Shown here piece after piece: positions 59,560 to 64,000 of a stretch of 64,000 nucleotides of DNA. The position numbers and the translations under genes were made by a program. Every line of letters starts with the position of its first letter. Position 1 is the stretch's first letter. Under the pieces are notes generated by a model. The model was not told the origin of the DNA, did not search any database, and saw only the letters and a list, made by a program, of their open reading frames with translations. The stretch spans positions 19,231 to 83,230 of the forward strand of contig CAMDGG010000002.1 in the NCBI GenBank assembly GCA_945898045.1, written 5' to 3'. Source of the stretch: a bacterium UBP8_UBA817 (GTDB lineage: Bacteria > Margulisbacteria > Marinamargulisbacteria > SXXA01 > SICP01).

Positions 59560-60849
59560 ATGACAACCCTAGAATGGACACCCGAACTACTCCAGATTTT
59601 AGAAATCATGGAAAAAACAAAAGAGTCTCTCTTTCTAACCGGCCGAGCAGGCACCGGAAAATCTACCCTACTCACACACTTTAGATCGCGAACCCAAAAA
59701 AAAGCAGTCGTCCTCGCTCCCACCGGTGTCGCCGCTTTAAATGTCAGAGGCGAAACCATCCATTCTTTTTTTAGATTTGGTACCACAGTGACTCCCGAAA
59801 GCGCATTAAAAGCCGCCTCAAAAATAAAAAAAACAGACCTCTACGAAGCCATAGAAACTCTCATCATCGATGAGATCTCAATGGTCCGCGCCGACCTCTT
59901 CGACTGCGTAGATATTTTTCTAAGAACCGTCTGCAAAACCTCAGAACCCTTTGGTGGCAAACAAGTTATCCTCATTGGCGATCTGATGCAACTCCCGCCC
60001 ATCATCACCCGAGACGAAAAAGATTATTTTGACGACTTATACGATACCCCCTACTTCTTCTCTTCTCACGTCATGAACAACCCCCTCTTTGACTGTAAAA
60101 AGATAGAAATGGAACGCGTATTTCGACAACAAGATCCCCTGTTTATCGAATGTCTCAATCATATTCGCAACAACACCCTCTCTCCACATAATCTGAAAGT
60201 CTTGAATCAAAAATGTTACAACCCCACCTTCAAATGGCAAGAAGGCTTCGTCTTCCTCACCACAACCAACCAAAAAGCAGAAACGTTTAATCAAAAAAAA
60301 CTAGATACTTTAGACGGACAAGCCTTCTCCCAACAAGCCAAACTATCCAAAGAATTTGAATCAAAATACGCCCCCGCAGAACTAGAAGTTCAGTTTAAAA
60401 TAGGCGCCCAAGTCATGTTTCTAAACAACGACAGCGGCTCACGCTGGGTAAACGGAAGCATCGGCACCATCTGCGCAATCGATCAGGACTCCGAAGTTTC
60501 CGTCATCGAAGTAGAACTCAAAACCGGCGCACATGTCTACGTCACACCACACACCTGGGAGCTCTATAAATATAAATTTGATACCGAGAAAAAAACCGTC
60601 GCACAAGAAAAAATCGGCGAATTCACCCAATATCCCCTCAAGCTCGCCTGGGCCATGACCATACACAAAAGCCAAGGGAAAACATTCGATAAAGTCATGA
60701 TCGACCTCTCCGCAGGCGCCTTCGCATCCGGGCAAACCTACGTCGCACTCAGTCGCTGCCGTAGCATAGAAGGACTCGTACTCACCTACCCATTAAAAGG
60801 GTCCCATATTTTTGTGGATGAACGGGTTAAGCAGTTTATAAACAGTTAA
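59560..60849 (+). CDS. Pif1/RecD-family SF1B helicase
   Basis: Walker A GRAGTGKSTLL, VLAPTGVAALNV, IIDEISMV, and C-terminal IHKSQGKTFDKV...ALSRCRS. Confidence 0.8.
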   Translation: MTTLEWTPELLQILEIMEKTKESLFLTGRAGTGKSTLLTHFRSRTQKKAVVLAPTGVAALNVRGETIHSFFRFGTTVTPESALKAASKIKKTDLYEAIETLIIDEISMVRADLFDCVDIFLRTVCKTSEPFGGKQVILIGDLMQLPPIITRDEKDYFDDLYDTPYFFSSHVMNNPLFDCKKIEMERVFRQQDPLFIECLNHIRNNTLSPHNLKVLNQKCYNPTFKWQEGFVFLTTTNQKAETFNQKKLDTLDGQAFSQQAKLSKEFESKYAPAELEVQFKIGAQVMFLNNDSGSRWVNGSIGTICAIDQDSEVSVIEVELKTGAHVYVTPHTWELYKYKFDTEKKTVAQEKIGEFTQYPLKLAWAMTIHKSQGKTFDKVMIDLSAGAFASGQTYVALSRCRSIEGLVLTYPLKGSHIFVDERVKQFINS

Positions 60850-60873
60850 AGCTAGGTCCAGCCAGGAACTAAA

Positions 60874-60991
60874 ACTACCCCGTCTCACCTTTGGTGATCC
60901 ACCCCTTCACAGAAGGGGAATTCAACAAACACGTATCTCCAAAAATTCCCCTCTAGTAGAGGGGTGGCACGAAGTGACGGGGTGTTATCTA
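60874..60991. repeat. Structured ~118 bp MITE-like repeat, copy A. Terminal inverted repeat CCCCGTCTCAC...GTGACGGGG with two internal hairpins (CCCCTTCACAGAAGGGG and CCCCTCTAGTAGAGGGG).
   Basis: About 90% identical to copy B at 61418-61544. On the minus strand the second hairpin is followed by AATTTTT, so it could act as an intrinsic terminator. Confidence 0.75.
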
Positions 60992-60996
60992 AATCT

Positions 60997-61413
60997 CTAA
61001 CCAATCAACTCACTCTCCAAACGCTCCAAAACCCCAACTAAATTATTTTTCACATCCCTATCCAGCACATGAACAACTCTTAACCCCAACCCCTCCAAAT
61101 AAGCATCCCTTTCAGCATCATACTCTTGCTTATCATCATGACTCCCGCCATCAATTTCAATAATAACCCCCAAATTTTTACAATAAAAATCCACAATATA
61201 ATGACCAATTATTTTCTGCCTATCAAAATCTAGATTTAAAAACTGTTTGCTCTTAAGTTTGTTCCAAAGAATCACCTCGGATAAATTACCCACTTTCCGT
61301 AATTCTTTAGCCCTATCTCTCAAATTTGGATTAAATGGTAATTTATACCAAGCATTTACGCCTTCAGATTTGCTGTCCATATTTTGATTCGAAGAATTAA
61401 AACTTTCACGCAC
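60997..61413 (-). CDS. DUF559 (Vsr-like, PD-(D/E)xK endonuclease-fold) protein
   Basis: IVDFYCKNLGVIIEIDGGSHDD...RDAYLEGLGLRVV is the DUF559 pattern. Confidence 0.7.
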   Translation of the reverse strand: MRESFNSSNQNMDSKSEGVNAWYKLPFNPNLRDRAKELRKVGNLSEVILWNKLKSKQFLNLDFDRQKIIGHYIVDFYCKNLGVIIEIDGGSHDDKQEYDAERDAYLEGLGLRVVHVLDRDVKNNLVGVLERLESELIG

Positions 61414-61417
61414 TTAA

Positions 61418-61544
61418 CCACCCCGTCTCACCTAGGCTAAAGCTACGGCGATCCACCCCTTCACAGAAGGGGAATTTAACAAACCCGAATCTCCAAAATT
61501 CCCCTCTAATAGAGGGGTGTCACAAAGTGACGGGGCGTTATCTA
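61418..61544. repeat. Structured MITE-like repeat, copy B
   Basis: See copy A. It ends exactly at the thyA stop codon. Confidence 0.75.
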
Positions 61545-62357
61545 TCAAATCGCAATCGGAAATCGAATAAACGGATGCGGATCATACCCTTCCAAAGTAA
61601 AATCCTCGAATTCCAACTCAAAAAACGGCTTATTTGTAATTTTGACACTAGGCAAAGTTTTCTCTTCCCGCGTCAATTGTTCTTCCAATCCACCCAAATG
61701 CGTCTGATAAATATGAGCATCTCCCAGCGTATGAACAAAAAATCTTGGGATTAATCCACACTCCTGCGCCACCATCATGAGCAACAACGAATAACTCGCA
61801 ATATTAAACGGCACGCCCACCGCCACATCCGCCGAACGTTGATACAACTGCAAATCCAAATGACCATCCATCGTCACATAAAATTGAAAAAACGCATGAC
61901 ACGGAGGCAACGCCATCTGGTCAATATCCGCCACATTCCACGCACTCACAATAATCCGGCGCGAATGGGGATTGGTTTTAATCGTTTCAATGGCCTGTGC
62001 CAACTGATCAACATGCGTTTTGTGATAAGCCTGAGCCGACTCATCCCAAGTAAATTTATCCCATTTCCGCCACTGATAGCCATAGACCGGACCCAACTCG
62101 CCATCCGGACCAGCCCATGCGTCCCAAATGCCAGAATTAAGCCCGTCTTGCGTATTCGTAGCGCCCTTAATAAACCAAAGCAACTCGTACAACATACTCT
62201 TAAAATAAACTTTTTTTGTAGTTAAAAGAGGAAAGCCCGTCCGCAAATCATGACGCAGCTGGTACCCAAAAACAGACCGCGTTCCCGTCCCCGTCCGATC
62301 CACTTTATTTTCGCCATTTACCAAAATATGCCGAACCAAATCCATGTATGATTTCAT
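61545..62357 (-). CDS. thyA: Thymidylate synthase (likely start MKSYMDL)
   Basis: Motifs RTGTGT and PPCH, C-terminus ...PIAI. Confidence 0.9.
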   Translation of the reverse strand: MKSYMDLVRHILVNGENKVDRTGTGTRSVFGYQLRHDLRTGFPLLTTKKVYFKSMLYELLWFIKGATNTQDGLNSGIWDAWAGPDGELGPVYGYQWRKWDKFTWDESAQAYHKTHVDQLAQAIETIKTNPHSRRIIVSAWNVADIDQMALPPCHAFFQFYVTMDGHLDLQLYQRSADVAVGVPFNIASYSLLLMMVAQECGLIPRFFVHTLGDAHIYQTHLGGLEEQLTREEKTLPSVKITNKPFFELEFEDFTLEGYDPHPFIRFPIAI

Positions 62358-62380
62358 AGAGAAAAACTCTAACATACCGC

Positions 62381-63757
62381 TTGACCTCATACCATAGCTT
62401 CTTTATCCTGGAACCAATGAAACCAGCAAACCCCTACGCACAAATCTTTATAGATGACGGACTTGGATCCAAAGCAAAAGCCCGTTACAAAGCCAGACGC
62501 GATCATCTCGCAACACTCATAGGTCACCCCATTGTACTCACCGGAATCGAAAACGGTCCCGGACATCCCCATCACTGGGCCATGCTTTCCAGCTTCATCT
62601 TTCAAGAACCCCTCATGCTCTATCTCACCGGCATCAATCAAACCGGCATTGCGCTCGTCCTAGATCCACATACCAACGAAGAATTTTTATTCATCGACAA
62701 AAAAGATCCCAAAAAAGAATTTTGGGAAGGCCTTCGATTTGGTGTTGGCTCCGAAGAGAATGCCCTCGAAATAGAAACCCAAACCGGTTTTAAAAATAGC
62801 CTGCCGAGACGACAACTCTCTACCTTCCTAAAGCGTTATTTTCAAAATCCCCTCTTCACCTTTTGGAACGAATCTTCAGACGGCGAAACACTCAAAGACC
62901 ACCATTGGGATTTCAAAAAAAAGCTACGTCCATTCCATCCCTATAACATTGCCCCCATCTATCAACCCGATCGCATTTTACTAGACAACCAAGACGAAAA
63001 TAACCTCACGGTCGCCAATCAAAAAACAACCGAAAGCTTCTTAAATAGTCTACAAAACATGCACACTTTTAAAACAGAATCCGACGTCGCAGCCCACCTA
63101 CACTACCAACTCCTCAAACACAGCCACTTCGGACTCAGCTTCCCAAGCATCGTCGCATCAGGCAAAAACGCCACCGTCTTACATTACACCCGCAACACAG
63201 ACCCCCTCGACAAAACCCAGCTTCTCCTCCTTGATTTTGGTGCACGCTGGCAACAAATGCATGCAGACATCAGCCGAACTATCCCTCTATCCGGCACCTT
63301 CAATCCCCTCCAAAAAATACTCTATCAAATCGTTTTAGACGCCCAAGACGTCGTCGAGAAACTAGCTAAGCCCGGCATCACCATCAAGTCACTCAACGAA
63401 GCGTGCTGGACATTTATCAACCAAGAACTCAAAAAACTAATCACCCAAAAAGGTGGCAAAATCTCCCTCGCTTACAAAAAAGCGCCGCATAATGTCAGTC
63501 ATCTACTCGGCACCCAAGTCCACGACGGAGACCCCTTCCGAGAATACAGAGACACGCCCCTAGTCGCAGGAAATTGCATCACAAACGAACCCGGAATCTA
63601 CGGCCATTTCGCTATCACGCTCAACAAAAAATCCTACAACGAATACATCGGCATTCGCATCGAAGACAATCTCCTGATTACAAAAAACGGCTGCAAAAAC
63701 CTAAGTAAAGACTGTCCAAAAACAATCTCAGAAATCGAATCTCTTCTAAAGGGATAA
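62381..63757 (+). CDS. Xaa-Pro aminopeptidase (M24B)
   Basis: HYTRN...LLLDFGA...HADISRT...NEPGIY...IRIEDN metal-ligand pattern. Confidence 0.8.
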   Translation: MTSYHSFFILEPMKPANPYAQIFIDDGLGSKAKARYKARRDHLATLIGHPIVLTGIENGPGHPHHWAMLSSFIFQEPLMLYLTGINQTGIALVLDPHTNEEFLFIDKKDPKKEFWEGLRFGVGSEENALEIETQTGFKNSLPRRQLSTFLKRYFQNPLFTFWNESSDGETLKDHHWDFKKKLRPFHPYNIAPIYQPDRILLDNQDENNLTVANQKTTESFLNSLQNMHTFKTESDVAAHLHYQLLKHSHFGLSFPSIVASGKNATVLHYTRNTDPLDKTQLLLLDFGARWQQMHADISRTIPLSGTFNPLQKILYQIVLDAQDVVEKLAKPGITIKSLNEACWTFINQELKKLITQKGGKISLAYKKAPHNVSHLLGTQVHDGDPFREYRDTPLVAGNCITNEPGIYGHFAITLNKKSYNEYIGIRIEDNLLITKNGCKNLSKDCPKTISEIESLLKG

Positions 63758-63758
63758 G

Positions 63759-64000
63759 CTATAGCGCAGTCTGCTTACCGTCGAATTTTTTCAATAATTC
63801 TTTAGGCACCATACGAACTATGGGTTTTGGTACAGGTGACGTCATCAAAGGATCTCCCAGTGCACTTTCAGCTGTTATTCTTCTGGAAACATCTTCAACC
63901 AACATATTTTCTATAAAGCCTTTAAATATAATCTCACTTGCCAGAAAGTCCTTACGCCTACCTTCCGTCAAAGATTTTATCAAGATCAAATGATCAGAGT
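63759..64000 (-). CDS. Partial CDS cut by the right window edge. The C-terminal end resembles the end of a Ser/Thr protein-kinase domain.
   Basis: ...RRITAESALGDPLM resembles the kinase subdomain XI region R.TA.EAL.HP. The ORF is open to the window end. Confidence 0.35.
   Translation of the reverse strand, partial: SDHLILIKSLTEGRRKDFLASEIIFKGFIENMLVEDVSRRITAESALGDPLMTSPVPKPIVRMVPKELLKKFDGKQTAL

Noticed and set aside
1-64000. CRISPR arrays, rRNA genes and canonical tRNA genes
   Set aside because: No regularly spaced short direct repeats and no rRNA-like stretches were seen. The only tRNA-like structure I could support is the tRNA-like domain of tmRNA. A covariance-model scan (tRNAscan-SE or Infernal) would be needed to exclude small tRNAs.

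Overview
This 64 kb window is chromosomal DNA from an AT-rich diderm (Gram-negative-type) bacterium. The diderm call rests on the lipid A genes (a FabZ-LpxA fusion and lpxB), lptD-like, lspA and lepB. A T9SS-type C-terminal sorting domain and a PorQ/PorV-like outer membrane protein loosely suggest an FCB-group or Cloacimonadota-like lineage, but this is a guess. Most of the window is core housekeeping: gap-pgk, lysC, murA, dapF, pgi, uvrA, dnaB, leuCD, valS, folC-ftsL-ftsI, thyA and pepP, together with queE, cca, hisH, and fsa/tal. Several small accessory insertions are scattered through this backbone and are the likely points of interest. (1) A tmRNA gene (ssrA, ~28549-28953) is followed directly by a tightly packed four-gene minus-strand cassette: a DinD/Bro-N-like gene, a RhuM-family gene, a SIR2-like (SIR2_2-type) gene and a truncated RhuM N-terminal paralog. 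This is the strongest candidate for an undescribed defence or abortive-infection system. (2) Between valS and folC lies a two-gene AbiL-like pair: an AAA_21-type ATPase plus a RloB/Toprim-like protein. (3) A TIR-domain protein with an unknown C-terminal domain is translationally coupled to a lipoprotein gene downstream of valS. (4) Two paralogous COG1373 AAA+ ATPases (AAA_14 plus DUF4143) are present, one flanked by a ~34 bp direct repeat next to dnaB. (5) A BrnT/BrnA toxin-antitoxin pair has a perfect 18 bp palindromic operator over its start codon. (6) A TolC-HlyD-ABC cassette has an ABC protein whose nucleotide-binding domain has lost every ATPase motif. The cassette is flanked by an intact CE4-deacetylase-like gene and an internally deleted copy of the same gene. 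(7) A ~120 bp MITE-like structured repeat occurs in two full copies flanking a DUF559 endonuclease-like gene between pif1 and thyA, with a third partial copy after the histidine kinase gene. The first CDS is open to the left window edge, and a kinase-like CDS is cut by the right edge. No CRISPR array, rRNA or obvious integrase was seen. All calls come from reading the translated ORFs and the nucleotide sequence by eye; no searches were run.
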